DNA of 64,000 bases from an uncultured Desulfobacteraceae bacterium (GTDB taxonomy: Bacteria; Desulfobacterota; DSM-4660; Desulfatiglandales; B25-G16). Under the pieces are notes generated by a model. The model searched no databases. It was not told the origin of the DNA and was given only the letters and a program-made list of their open reading frames with translations. Location: assembly GCA_964655655.1 (NCBI GenBank), contig CAZZPR010000001.1, positions 2,633 through 66,632 on the forward strand. Reading direction: 5' to 3'. Positions within the stretch are counted from its first letter, which is position 1. Each line of letters starts with the position of its first letter. The position numbers and the translations under genes are program-made. Positions 35,767 to 45,819 of this stretch are shown one piece after another.

Positions 35767-37027
35767 CTTCTCCGATGAATCCGGGTATGGATTCTCCTCT
35801 GACCAGGTCTTCATAGGTTTCTCTCTGCCTTATGACAGAAAACTCGTTCCCTTTAACCATAACCTCTGCCGGCCTTGGACGTGAATTATAATTGGATGAC
35901 ATGGAAAATCCATATGCACCTGTGCTCATAAGGGCCAGGAAATTTCCGGGCGTCAAGGAAGGAAGGTCCCGGTCTTTTGCAAAAAAGTCCCCTGTTTCGC
36001 AGATGGGCCCCACCAAATCGGCCTTTATTGAATGTGAATAATTTTTTCTCAGGGGCCTTATCGCGTGGAAGGCGTTGTAAAGGGCTGGCCGGGTTAAGTC
36101 GTTCATTCCTGCATCTACTATGACGAAGTTTTTGCTCGCTGTGGATTTGGTATATAGTACCTTTGTGACCAGGATCCCGGCGTTTCCTATAATGACCCTT
36201 CCCGGCTCCAGAATAAGAGTTGATTTAAGCTCCCCTATTTCCTCCTTGATATGCCTTGCGTATTCGGAAGGAAGGGGAGGGGTTTCGTCGTTATAGGTGA
36301 TCCCGAGGCCTCCTCCTAAGTTGACAAAATCGATGTCTGTTCCAGTTTTTTTTAATTCTGAAAGGAATTCTTTCATTTTTCTTAACGCACCTATAAATGG
36401 ATATAATTCTGTAAGCTGACTGCCTATATGGCAGGAAACACCTTTTACGTCTACATTGCTCAATCTTCGGGCCATGGCGTATATATCAAATGCCCGGTGT
36501 ATTGGGGTGCCGAATTTATTTTCGCTTATACCGGTTGTAACATAGGGGTGTGTTCTGGATTTTACATCCGGATTGATCCGGATGGCGATCCTTGCAACAG
36601 AGCCCGTTTGTTTTGCAATGGTGTCCAGGTCCTTGAGTTCCTGTTCGGATTCGACATTGAACATAAGAATTTTTGATTTAAGCGCTTCCTGCATTTCCCG
36701 AGGTGTTTTTCCAACGCCTGAGAATACTATTTTTTCGGCCGGGATTCCAGCGCTTAAGGCCCTGAATAACTCTCCGCCGGATACTATATCCGCGCCCCCG
36801 CCCTGCAAATGAACAAGTCTCAATATTGCCAGGTTGGAGTTTGATTTTACCGAAAAGCATGTCAGATGCTCCAAATCTTCAAAGGCCTGTTCAAATACCT
36901 TGAAATGCCTTTTGATAGTACTGAAAGAGTAAAGATAAAAGGGGGTGCCAATCTCTTGGACTATGGATTCCACGGACAGGTCTTCGCAGTAAAGCTCACC
37001 ATTTTTATAAGAAAAGTGATGCATCAA
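35750..37027 (-). CDS. lysA: Diaminopimelate decarboxylase
   Basis: 425 aa. It has the PLP Lys region FSVKSNSN, HIGSQ, the GGGLGI loop, and CETGD/GAYGFSMSSNYNSRPRP. Confidence 0.93.
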   Translation of the reverse strand: MMHHFSYKNGELYCEDLSVESIVQEIGTPFYLYSFSTIKRHFKVFEQAFEDLEHLTCFSVKSNSNLAILRLVHLQGGGADIVSGGELFRALSAGIPAEKIVFSGVGKTPREMQEALKSKILMFNVESEQELKDLDTIAKQTGSVARIAIRINPDVKSRTHPYVTTGISENKFGTPIHRAFDIYAMARRLSNVDVKGVSCHIGSQLTELYPFIGALRKMKEFLSELKKTGTDIDFVNLGGGLGITYNDETPPLPSEYARHIKEEIGELKSTLILEPGRVIIGNAGILVTKVLYTKSTASKNFVIVDAGMNDLTRPALYNAFHAIRPLRKNYSHSIKADLVGPICETGDFFAKDRDLPSLTPGNFLALMSTGAYGFSMSSNYNSRPRPAEVMVKGNEFSVIRQRETYEDLVRGESIPGFIGEDDAGD

Positions 37028-37034
37028 ATAAACC

Positions 37035-38582
37035 CTATTCTATCTTTCCTTCAAAAATCTCGATTATTTCCCTAGCCGTGTCAGGTAACGGGTGCTGTCT
37101 GGAAGTTGGGGACTTTTTTATTTTTTGCCTTTTCAATTTAATCTCCAAATCCGGATGAAAGAATTCCCGTACAAGGGAAACAAGTTGTTCATGATTTTTT
37201 GGATCTTCAAAATAGTCTTTGGTGAAGGACCCTTCTCCGTAAGTTAGTTCAAGGGTATTTTTGTCGAATTTATAGGTATTTTCCTTTAACAAATTGGCCA
37301 TCACCCTGTTTTTGGAGGATATGAAATTCAAAAAGTCATCCCATTTCTTTCCGTTTTCCTTATGGACCTCTTTTAAGGGACGGGCAGTATCATTATCCAG
37401 GTATTCAGGACTTTTGGCATCCATTGCAGCATGGCCGGTTAGCCTTTTTTCTATATCCTGAATCTTTTCCATAAGCTCGCTGAATGAAAGGTATTCTTTG
37501 ATCCTGGCAAGTTTTATAAGGACTGCTTCCAGGGCTATTCTCGGATTACTTGTGTAGCGAATGTCCGATTCCCTGCTAATGAGAAAATTGAGAGAATGCA
37601 TGAGTCTTTCCATTCCTGTACCCTGTGCCAGATTTTTGGTTTCTTCAAGCTCATTATCAGGCAAATCCAGAAGATGTGTCGAATCTTTAGATATTATTGA
37701 GACGATCAGGTTCCGAAAATACTTCATTACCTCTTGGTAAAACTGCTTGATTTCATAGCCGTGATTGTAAATCTCATTAATTATTTCCAGGCAGGAGTTT
37801 ATGTCGCCCTCTATTACGGCCTTTGTTGTTTCATGTATAATTTCCCTGTCGATCAGGCCCAAGACATCGGTTATTTGGCCGTCCTCGATAACCGGACCTG
37901 TAAATGATGCTACTTGATCCAGAAGGCTTTCAGCATCTCTCATGCTGCCCTCGGCCTCTCTTGCAATTGTGGAGATGCCTTTTTTACTTATGCTTAAACC
38001 TTCCTTCTCAACTATTTTTCCTAGATGTTTTTCTATTTCTGCTATAGTAATTCGTTTGAAATCGAAACGCTGGCAGCGAGATAGAATGGTTACAGGTACC
38101 TTATGAGGCTCTGTGGTGGCAAAAATAAATTTGGCGTGATCCGGTGGTTCTTCAAGTGTTTTCAGCAAAGCATTGAATGCAGGAAGTGTCAGCATGTGAA
38201 CTTCATCGATGATGTAAATCCTGTATCTTCCCTCTGAAGGCATATACTTGATGTTTTCGCGAAGATTTCTTATCTCGTCTATTCCCCTGTTGGATGCGCC
38301 GTCGATCTCGTGTACATCCACTGAGGAGCTGTTGGTGATCCGTTTGCAGGAGTTGCATTCATTGCATGGGTTTCCTTGTTGAGGGTTGGGGCAATTCAGG
38401 GCCTTGGCCAGTATTCTGGCAATCGACGTCTTGCCTATTCCCCTGGAACCAGTAAACAGGTAGGCATGGGCCAATCTACCGGAAGACTGGGCATTTTTAA
38501 GTGTCCGGGTGACATGTTCCTGCCCTATGACTTCCTCAAATACTTGCGGTCTCCATTTTCTGGCTAGAATTTCATATTCCAT
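37035..38582 (-). CDS. dnaX: DNA polymerase III subunit gamma/tau
   Basis: Motifs are ARKWRPQVFEEVIGQEHV, the Walker A GSRGIGKTS, the zinc module CNECNSC, and IIDEVHML. Confidence 0.95.
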   Translation of the reverse strand: MEYEILARKWRPQVFEEVIGQEHVTRTLKNAQSSGRLAHAYLFTGSRGIGKTSIARILAKALNCPNPQQGNPCNECNSCKRITNSSSVDVHEIDGASNRGIDEIRNLRENIKYMPSEGRYRIYIIDEVHMLTLPAFNALLKTLEEPPDHAKFIFATTEPHKVPVTILSRCQRFDFKRITIAEIEKHLGKIVEKEGLSISKKGISTIAREAEGSMRDAESLLDQVASFTGPVIEDGQITDVLGLIDREIIHETTKAVIEGDINSCLEIINEIYNHGYEIKQFYQEVMKYFRNLIVSIISKDSTHLLDLPDNELEETKNLAQGTGMERLMHSLNFLISRESDIRYTSNPRIALEAVLIKLARIKEYLSFSELMEKIQDIEKRLTGHAAMDAKSPEYLDNDTARPLKEVHKENGKKWDDFLNFISSKNRVMANLLKENTYKFDKNTLELTYGEGSFTKDYFEDPKNHEQLVSLVREFFHPDLEIKLKRQKIKKSPTSRQHPLPDTAREIIEIFEGKIE

Positions 38583-38597
38583 AGGCTATTAAAAAAA

Positions 38598-38691
<94 letters not shown>

Positions 38692-38716
38692 CTTATTTGA
38701 TTTCTGGAACTTTATC

Positions 38717-38814
<98 letters not shown>

Positions 38815-38827
38815 CACCCAAAATTCA

Positions 38828-39322
38828 TCATCTCCTTTGCCGAAAGAATTCCTGGAGGAGTTCCCGGCATTTATCTTCCATTACCCCGGATATTATTTTT
38901 ACCCGGTGGTTCAGTTTTTTATGATTATACAAATTGGGTACAGAGCCAGCAGGACCCCGTTTGGGGTCGAGTGTACCAAATACAAGGGTTTCTATACGGG
39001 CATTGATAATGGCCCCCATACACATCGTACACGGCTCTACAGTAACAACTATAGTCATTTCATTTAATCTGTAATTATCAACTAACCTGGCCGCCTCTCT
39101 TATCGCCAATATTTCCGCGTGGGCGGTAGGGTCGTTAAAAGCTATACATCTATTGTGGGCTCTGGCCAATATATCATTGGCCCTGTTTACTACAAGAGCA
39201 CCTACAGGTACTTCCCCGTTGAGTTTCCCTTTTTGGGCTTCTTTTATGGCCTCAGCCATAAGGGTACTGTAAATTTGGTGTGTCGTTGGCTGAATATTAT
39301 TTTTTTTGTCCTGAATATTCAT
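38828..39322 (-). CDS. tadA: tRNA adenosine(34) deaminase
   Basis: The CDA zinc motifs are HAEILAIREA and PCTMCMGAI. Confidence 0.92.
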   Translation of the reverse strand: MNIQDKKNNIQPTTHQIYSTLMAEAIKEAQKGKLNGEVPVGALVVNRANDILARAHNRCIAFNDPTAHAEILAIREAARLVDNYRLNEMTIVVTVEPCTMCMGAIINARIETLVFGTLDPKRGPAGSVPNLYNHKKLNHRVKIISGVMEDKCRELLQEFFRQRR

Positions 39323-39512
39323 TTTCTATTATATCTTTCAGTAATCCCTTGGGTTTTTCCGGGTTTTCCAGATTATGCTCCCGGTCAACAATTAACATTT
39401 AGTCACCAATGAGTCAACTTGATAGAAGGCACCATTGCCGTTAAATCAAGATCAAGGGCATTGTGCACTGGAAGCGCCCAAATAAATGTTCCCGGACCGG
39501 GCAAACCGGTTT

Positions 39513-40250
39513 TCACTGTGAAAGCCCTTCTTCCACTGTTTTTATATCCTCCGGAGTGTCCACCTCTATGGAATCGTAAGAGGTTTTTACCATCTTTATT
39601 TTAAAACCGTATTCAAGGGCCCTCAGCTGTTCCAATTTTTCGGCCTTTTCCAGAGGGCCTGGAGATAATTTTGTAAATTCCGACAAAAAATATCTGCGGT
39701 ATGCGTAAAAACCCAGGTGTTTGTAATGGGTCTGGCCGGAAATTTTTTCCCTTACAAAGGGGATGGGAGATCTGGAGAAGTACAATGCGAATCCACGCTT
39801 ATCAACAACTACCTTTACATCATTAACATTATTCAATTCCCTTTCATCACTTATTTTGTGCATGAGGCTGCACATGGGAATTTCGGCATGTTTTTTAAGG
39901 TTTCTTACAAGTTCCGATATTATGCTTGGATGGAAAATCGGCTGATCGCCCTGGATGTTTACTACAATATCCTGGTCTTTCAGGTCTAATTTACCTATAG
40001 CCTCGGCTATCCTGTCGGTGCCTGAGGGGTGAGTTTTTTTTGTCAACAATGCCTTGCCTCCGAATGTGTTAACACATTCGTAAATTCTGGCGTCATCGGT
40101 GGCCACATAAATATCATCGATATCCTTGCATATTTGGGATCTTTGATACACATGCTGAATCATTGGTTTACCCGCTATCAAGGCAAGGGGTTTTCCTTTA
40201 AAACGCTTTGAAGAGTATCTTGCAGGTATTACAGCCACTGTTTTTGCCAT
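39513..40250 (-). CDS. kdsB: 3-deoxy-manno-octulosonate cytidylyltransferase (CMP-KDO synthetase)
   Basis: Motifs are AVIPARYSSKRFKGKPL, VNIQGDQP and EQLRALEYG. Confidence 0.92.
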   Translation of the reverse strand: MAKTVAVIPARYSSKRFKGKPLALIAGKPMIQHVYQRSQICKDIDDIYVATDDARIYECVNTFGGKALLTKKTHPSGTDRIAEAIGKLDLKDQDIVVNIQGDQPIFHPSIISELVRNLKKHAEIPMCSLMHKISDERELNNVNDVKVVVDKRGFALYFSRSPIPFVREKISGQTHYKHLGFYAYRRYFLSEFTKLSPGPLEKAEKLEQLRALEYGFKIKMVKTSYDSIEVDTPEDIKTVEEGLSQ

Positions 40251-40626
40251 GTTTTCCCTGTTTTAAAAACCGGTAATTGAGAAGTTAAAAATAATTTATA
40301 TGGCATAAAATATCAAGTAGCTTAAACATAAAACATTGTGGGAGCAAAATATAACGGCAAGGTTTTGATTTGACAAATTTCTGAATTGACCGTAAATTCA
40401 AATAGGATGGCAGGTTTTAAAAACCTGGAAGACTTTGTTGCATTTAAATAAATATGGGTTATGCAAAGGTGACGGACTCGAAAAAAGCTGGTTTATGCCG
40501 CAAGCGGCATCCTATGAGCAACGAACTTTATTAACACTTCGAGTTAAGTTCGTTAGAAGTCGAAGGTCTGGATTTTATTTTGCCTTTAGCTGTTTATCGG
40601 GTTTTCCATGCCATTAGAATTTTAAA

Positions 40627-40800
40627 CCCAGATTGTGCGGTAGACATCGTAGCGAGGGTTGAAAAACCCAAGCGAAGCGCGAATTTGGAGCAATTTTGAA
40701 CCGCAGGCATATTCATAAATATGTTGAGGATCAAAATTGCGAAAAGAGCGTTGCAGCAAGGTTTCTCAGGCCGCAGTGGTTGGCAGCTGCACAATCTGGG
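40627..40800. mobile_element. MITE-like palindromic repeat, long copy (174 bp), flanked by TTAAA on both sides
   Basis: The ends are cccagattgtgc...gcacaatctggg. It is inverted relative to 5682-5802 and carries an extra 53-bp centre bounded by aatt microhomology, containing the hairpin catattcataaatatg. TTAAA lies at 40622-40626 and 40801-40805. Confidence 0.65.
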
Positions 40801-40822
40801 TTAAAGATAAAGGGGTGATATA

Positions 40823-41290
40823 GTGTTTTCTTCAGAAATCGTGGATATTCTTGAAAACTGCGATATTTTCGGCGGCCTCAACAGGGAAGAAATCAAAAAG
40901 ATTTCTAAACTTGGCCGTATCGAGGAGTACGATTCAGGAGAACAATTGTTTAATCAGGGTGATTTTGGAGACGAACTTTATATAATCGCGGAGGGTCACG
41001 TACTCCTGGAAAGGGCTATCGATTTGGCTACAAAGAAGGGCAGTGCTGTAATTACAATATTGGGAAAAGGTAGGGCCCTGGGATGCTGGTCCACTCTTTT
41101 AGGTGAGCCTCATACCTTATTGTCCTCTGCCATATGCAGAAAACCCACAAAGGTATTTGTGCTCAAGGGCACGAGTCTCAGAAAAATGATGACAGGGGAT
41201 TCCCGGCTGGGGTTCAAAGTGCTGGAAAGGCTGTGTTTTATACTTCGCGAAAGAATACAGGGTGCATACGGAGCCATGGAAAATCTATGA
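40823..41290 (+). CDS. Cyclic-nucleotide-binding domain protein
   Basis: 155 aa with a GTG start. LFNQGDFGDELYIIAEGHV...GKGRALG matches the cNMP-binding beta-barrel pattern. Confidence 0.75.
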   Translation: MFSSEIVDILENCDIFGGLNREEIKKISKLGRIEEYDSGEQLFNQGDFGDELYIIAEGHVLLERAIDLATKKGSAVITILGKGRALGCWSTLLGEPHTLLSSAICRKPTKVFVLKGTSLRKMMTGDSRLGFKVLERLCFILRERIQGAYGAMENL

Positions 41291-41323
41291 TTATAAGAGT
41301 TGAGAGTTGGAGGCGGAGATAAT

Positions 41324-41782
41324 ATGGAAAACATGAGCAACGGGTCTGTGCAGATATTTACAGACGGTTCATGTGCGGGTAACCCAGGCCCGGGGGGATA
41401 TGGGGCAATAATCAGATACGGGGACAGGGAAAAGGAGATATCCGGGTTCTGCCAGGATACAACCAACAATAGGATGGAGCTTATGGCCGTTATAAAAGGC
41501 CTGGAATCCCTTGAGAGGCCTTCCAGGGTTACTTTATTTACTGATTCAAATTACGTTTACAAGGGAATAACTGTCTGGATAAAAAAATGGATAAGAAAGA
41601 ACTGGATCAATTCACAGAAAAAGCCGGTTTTAAACAGGGATCTCTGGGAGAGGCTGTACGCATTAACAAAGCAACATAAAATAGAATGGAGATGGATAGA
41701 GGCTCATAAGGGCCATGTGGAAAATGAACGATGCGACAGGATTGCCAAGCAGGCGATCAAAGATAACTTTGTAGCTATTTGA
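41324..41782 (+). CDS. rnhA: Ribonuclease HI
   Basis: Motifs are [39 protein letters not shown] and [14 protein letters not shown]. The start is chosen at the internal Met; the ORF is open from 41300. Confidence 0.9.
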   Translation: MENMSNGSVQIFTDGSCAGNPGPGGYGAIIRYGDREKEISGFCQDTTNNRMELMAVIKGLESLERPSRVTLFTDSNYVYKGITVWIKKWIRKNWINSQKKPVLNRDLWERLYALTKQHKIEWRWIEAHKGHVENERCDRIAKQAIKDNFVAI

Positions 41783-41847
41783 CTCTTTGATTTTCATCCC
41801 AATAAATTCCTTGACATCATAGGAAATCCTTAAGTATATTTTCATCT

Positions 41848-42318
41848 ATGAAATGCCCGAAATGTAAGTATATCACTTATGATTATCTAAACACATGCCC
41901 TAGATGCGGAAAGGATCTGACCGCAGAAAAGGAGAGGCTTAATATTTCTTCCATTAAGCCGAATTCCCCGTTTTTTCTGGCTTCCCTGACAGGGGATATT
42001 GACGAAAAGGGCGTTGAGACGAAGGAAGCTGGCACAGCGGTGGAATTAGAGGAAGAGGTCTCCCAAAAAGAGGAAGAGGTATTCGATGATGGAACGGAGC
42101 TGGATATAGACATGGATGAAGGGCCGATTCAAGAGGAAGTTGGAGAAACAGAAGAGGAAACAGAGATCCAACTTGATGAAGGTTTTGGGATCGAGGAAAC
42201 AGCATCCGAGGGGGAAGAGGGGGTTATAACAGAGGAACCCGAGGAAGAACCGGTTAAAGGATTGGATGATTTGGAGTTGGAGCTAGACTTCGGGGAGGAG
42301 GAGGAAAAAGAAGAATAG
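41848..42318 (+). CDS. Zinc-ribbon protein with a long acidic tail
   Basis: MKCPKCKY...CPRCG is followed by a Glu/Asp-rich C-terminal half. Confidence 0.55.
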   Translation: MKCPKCKYITYDYLNTCPRCGKDLTAEKERLNISSIKPNSPFFLASLTGDIDEKGVETKEAGTAVELEEEVSQKEEEVFDDGTELDIDMDEGPIQEEVGETEEETEIQLDEGFGIEETASEGEEGVITEEPEEEPVKGLDDLELELDFGEEEEKEE

Positions 42319-42367
42319 TTATTGTTCCACCGAAAGGATAATCAACTACTAAAAATCAGTTAACAAT

Positions 42368-42440
42368 GCCGAGATAGCTCAGTAGGTAGAGCAGGGGACT
42401 GAAAATCCCCGTGTCCGCAGTTCGAATCTGCGTCTCGGCA
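42368..42440 (+). tRNA. tRNA-Phe (GAA); its 3' part is supplied by the integrated element (attL)
   Basis: The sequence is GCCGAGATAGCTCAGTAGGTAGAGCAGGGGACTGAAAATCCCCGTGTCCGCAGTTCGAATCTGCGTCTCGGCA. The anticodon loop is CTGAAAA. CCA is not encoded. Confidence 0.95.
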
Positions 42441-42444
42441 TACA
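42399..42444 (+). repeat. attL: 46-bp direct repeat (anticodon loop to 3' end of tRNA-Phe plus 4 nt)
   Basis: ctgaaaatccccgtgtccgcagttcgaatctgcgtctcggcataca is identical to 50957-51002. The flanking bases differ on both sides. Confidence 0.95.
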
Positions 42445-42468
42445 GAAAAAGGCAAAAGATTAAAGGGG

Positions 42469-43572
42469 TTAGCCGTCATTGCGGTTAGCCTCTTTTTTCT
42501 TAAAATTGCCGATTGTAACTAATTTTGTAACTAATTTTTCATTTTCAATATATTTTTCTTGCCTTTCCGCAGCCTCTTTTAAATCATTATCGGAGATAAT
42601 ATCATAGCGGTCAAATACGCTTCGACTTCTGTGTCCTGATATTTTCATAGCGGTATGCTCAGAAATTCCACTTCTAACCATATTTCTAACAGCGGTTCTT
42701 CTAAAATCATGAAAAATCTTGTTGCCTATGCCAGCTTCTTTACAGGCTTTCAACCAGGTCTTTCTAAAATCCCTAATTCTTTCGTTTCCTTTGCGATTTA
42801 AAAATACATAGGGAATAACCTTGCCGGCATGTTTTCTTCGCTCCTGGAGGCCCTCAAAAGCTCTTATAAGCTCTTTATCAAGGTATACAGTCCGGCCTCT
42901 ACCATTTTTAGTAGTCCCCGGCTCAAGCCTTACAATGCCTTGTCTAAGGTCAACTTGATTCCAGGTCAAACTGCTGATCTCTTCTTTTCGCCAACCAGTC
43001 TTATAGGCAAAAGTGCAAAAGCTTCTAAGATATTCTGGCAAAGCATTTTTTAAAGCCATATATTCTGCATATTCAAAAAAACCTTTGCGTGTATTATTTT
43101 CTGTAAGCATTTTAATAACAGGAACCTGGCTCATATCTACTTTTGGTGGTCGTTTTTTGGCTCCAAGATGAAATATTCTCTTTAAGGCGGATAATTCCCG
43201 GTTTATGGTAGCGTTTTTGGCTCCCTCGACCTTTCTGTGCTCGATATATCCCCGAATATGCGCATCTGTTATTTGTGTAATTTTCATCCCCCCGAAAAAG
43301 CCTTCTAAATGGTCTATACGCTTTTGGGCCTCTGTTGTACCTTGATTGTTTATTTGCCGATCCCATAGAAAGTCTTGAACCAATTCCCCAAAGTCTATCC
43401 GGTCAAAAACAACCCCGGGCAATTTGCCCCTTTGGATTTCACCCTCACGTTTCTTCAAAAGCTCCTGGGCAACCATCTTTTTTGAAGATCCCGAACTCTC
43501 GCAGTGGGCCTTCCTGTTGGAATAGTACTTGATCCAAAAAATGCTTCCTCGTTTGTAAATGCTTCCCATCAT
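42469..43572 (-). CDS. Tyrosine recombinase / phage-type integrase
   Basis: The start is at ATGATG after the RBS aggggg (MMGSIYKRGSIFWIKYY...). Motifs are GWRKEEISSLTW (Arg), HDFRRTAVRNMV (H-x-x-R) and SGHRSRSVFDRYDI (His...Tyr). Confidence 0.9.
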   Translation of the reverse strand: MMGSIYKRGSIFWIKYYSNRKAHCESSGSSKKMVAQELLKKREGEIQRGKLPGVVFDRIDFGELVQDFLWDRQINNQGTTEAQKRIDHLEGFFGGMKITQITDAHIRGYIEHRKVEGAKNATINRELSALKRIFHLGAKKRPPKVDMSQVPVIKMLTENNTRKGFFEYAEYMALKNALPEYLRSFCTFAYKTGWRKEEISSLTWNQVDLRQGIVRLEPGTTKNGRGRTVYLDKELIRAFEGLQERRKHAGKVIPYVFLNRKGNERIRDFRKTWLKACKEAGIGNKIFHDFRRTAVRNMVRSGISEHTAMKISGHRSRSVFDRYDIISDNDLKEAAERQEKYIENEKLVTKLVTIGNFKKKEANRNDG

Positions 43573-43792
43573 TTCCCCCTTTCTGCTTTTAGAGCATAAA
43601 AAAAGCCGTAAGACTTGCCAGGCGTACAAATATCCCCTGATGCCTCACGGCGGTCAGCATCTTACGGCTATATTTATTTATTGCTATCATTTTATACCTT
43701 TTGGCAATCTCTATACTTATACATAAACCCTTACATGCTATATGTCAATAAAAAATATTGCTTTTTTCTATATTCCATTGTAAAAAGCTTTT

Positions 43793-43957
43793 ATGCGAAT
43801 CCGGTATAGCACAACATTAGATGATAAATTGCTTGAAGATTTAAAGATTCGGGCTGTCAAGGAAAAGAAGCGTATTAATAATTTATTAGAGCAAGCTATC
43901 AGGGAATTTTTAAACAAGCCTCTCAAAAGCTCTGAGCAGCCCCCAGAATCCGACTAA
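43793..43957 (+). CDS. Small ribbon-helix-helix protein (54 aa, below the ORF-track cutoff)
   Basis: Translated by hand: MRIRYSTTLDDKLLEDLKIRAVKEKKRINNLLEQAIREFLNKPLKSSEQPPESD*. The beta-strand then helix-helix pattern is typical of CopG/Arc proteins. It is the only plus-strand gene in the element. Confidence 0.55.
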   Translation: MRIRYSTTLDDKLLEDLKIRAVKEKKRINNLLEQAIREFLNKPLKSSEQPPESD

Positions 43958-44155
43958 TTATCTTTATCCGACTTGAATTGCCATGGCGTATTGCGTCCCT
44001 GGATCGACCTTTTTCCCGTTCGGGAAATATTTCCCTAACGGGAGATTCTGTCCCCTTTATGGCCTTTTTTTGACATTCACGGCCACCTTTAGTTTTAGCC
44101 TAACCAATGTATTAAAAAATTGTAATCGTTGATTCTTGAAAGAAAAAAGCCCTTC

Positions 44156-44371
44156 CTACTGGCCATTTTTTTTATTTCTGCTGGTAGTCCTTGACGGATT
44201 TTTGCCAAGCCTAAAAGGATACAAAGGACAATTCTTGTCAGTGCATTCCCTAACCTCATAAGGCGACCAACAAACACACTCAAGACAGAATGCCCTTACT
44301 GCTGATAAAGGTGTTAGGTTGACTGGTTTTGTTTTCCCTGATTTTGTCCTTATTTCGTGCTTAATTGCCAT
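44156..44371 (-). CDS. Small Cys-rich (zinc-binding-like) protein
   Basis: 71 aa with the pattern CLECVCWSPYEVRECTDKNCPLYPFRLGKNP. This pattern recurs in small phage/plasmid proteins (recollection, not searched). Confidence 0.55.
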   Translation of the reverse strand: MAIKHEIRTKSGKTKPVNLTPLSAVRAFCLECVCWSPYEVRECTDKNCPLYPFRLGKNPSRTTSRNKKNGQ

Positions 44372-44642
44372 TTTCTCAGTACCTTCCCTTAGGTCAAATT
44401 ATAAAAATTGCTTCTCGGAGCTCTCAAGGCTTCTCAGGAGTATTCCCGGTTATGGGGTGGGAAGGTAGATGAAGGAAACCCACCCCGATAAACCGGACCC
44501 CCTTGGAATAGCAGGCACTGACCAGGGAGATACAGAATTGATAACCGCCGTGCCAGGGGTTCATAAATAAACCCCCGGTTTGGCAGTCCCCGCCGGCCTT
44601 GCGGGTGATACCAGGAAAGTTTCATCCAGCCTGCCCATAGAC

Positions 44643-45347
44643 TTACTTCCCCGGCCGTTCATTGACCTTTTTATCCCATTCTGGCAGGGGCGGGGTTGTC
44701 CAGCGTGCCTTACTATTCGAAGCCCTGGCCGCTTTGATGGCCTGACCTCGGTTCTTCCGCAATTCCCTAACCCACGGCCGGACAATGGTTTCAAAATAGT
44801 CAGCTACCTTCATGCCATTATAGGGTGACCGTTTATCATCAATTACAGGAATATTCTTTTCATCCAGTGCGACAACCTGGCCGTCAACCTGGTTAATAAC
44901 GCCGTCCCTAAGTGTTGACGATCCCTTTGGCCCATACGGTAAAACCTTTCTTGTAACCCCTTTCTGCTTGTCCTTTTCTTCAGCTTTTGCCAGGGCCTTT
45001 TTTACAGCCTGAATCTCCTCTTGCAAAATATCCGTTGCCGCTTCAGCTCTTTCCCAGGGCTCACGGTATTGAGAAGGCATCTGCTCAGGGCGCTTCCGGC
45101 CTGCATTAACCCGCTCTTGCTGGTAGTTCTTGAAGGCTTGCAAGGCATCTTCAACAGCCTGCTTTCGCTGCTCCAGGGCCTCATCCAGCATCTTCAAACG
45201 GCCTTTTAATTGACGGGAGGATTCCTGATCCCAGCCGAAATGAGAAAAATCCCCAGCGCCCCCGGCTTTGTTAATGTACGGACTATTGAATTTCTTTTCT
45301 GAATATTCCTGGATATAAAACTTGCCCAATCTTCTGTTGCGCTTCAT
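44643..45347 (-). CDS. Hypothetical protein with a central coiled-coil-like region
   Basis: 234 aa. It starts 1 nt after the stop of the upstream ORF. No motif recognised. Confidence 0.6.
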   Translation of the reverse strand: MKRNRRLGKFYIQEYSEKKFNSPYINKAGGAGDFSHFGWDQESSRQLKGRLKMLDEALEQRKQAVEDALQAFKNYQQERVNAGRKRPEQMPSQYREPWERAEAATDILQEEIQAVKKALAKAEEKDKQKGVTRKVLPYGPKGSSTLRDGVINQVDGQVVALDEKNIPVIDDKRSPYNGMKVADYFETIVRPWVRELRKNRGQAIKAARASNSKARWTTPPLPEWDKKVNERPGK

Positions 45348-45348
45348 C

Positions 45349-45819
45349 TTATCCCCTCCTCTTAGCTATATTAGGTGGAAGCAAAGGTTCTATCTTCTGC
45401 TCTCCACTGGTTGCTGGTTTACTTTTATGAGTTTTGCGGTTGTATTGAGTCAGGAGCAGAATCCCTCGTCGATCTGCCTCCGCCTGTAAGTTTTCCAGCC
45501 AATTTTCATCCTTCTCTTGCCTTATCATATTATTCAACATTGGTTCTATTTTCATCGCTCTTTCACCTCCTTTATTTATGCTTACTTGGTTATAGAAATC
45601 AAAATTCAACGGCCCGTAACGATTCCTTTCAATCGGTACTCTAAAAAACCGTGCATCACGGTCTTTGCCTATTGAATAGGTAAAATAATCTGTACTAATT
45701 TCCTCTAAAGAAGCATCCGGGTTGTGAAGCTCCAGCATTTCCTCAATCTCGCTTCGGAAGTCCATAGGCAAATGATTTTTAGGTTGTTGAATACTTAATA
45801 CGTGAAATCTTCTTTTCAT
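45349..45819 (-). CDS. Hypothetical protein
   Basis: 156 aa. Its start overlaps the stop of the upstream ORF by 4 nt. No motif recognised. Confidence 0.6.
   Translation of the reverse strand: MKRRFHVLSIQQPKNHLPMDFRSEIEEMLELHNPDASLEEISTDYFTYSIGKDRDARFFRVPIERNRYGPLNFDFYNQVSINKGGERAMKIEPMLNNMIRQEKDENWLENLQAEADRRGILLLTQYNRKTHKSKPATSGEQKIEPLLPPNIAKRRG

Noticed and set aside
43573-43629. A 19-codon N-terminal extension of the tRNA-Phe integrase (MYAWQVLRLFLCSKSRKGE).
   Set aside because: An internal ATGATG preceded by a good RBS (aggggg) gives the typical integrase N-terminus MGSIYKRG. The extension has no RBS.
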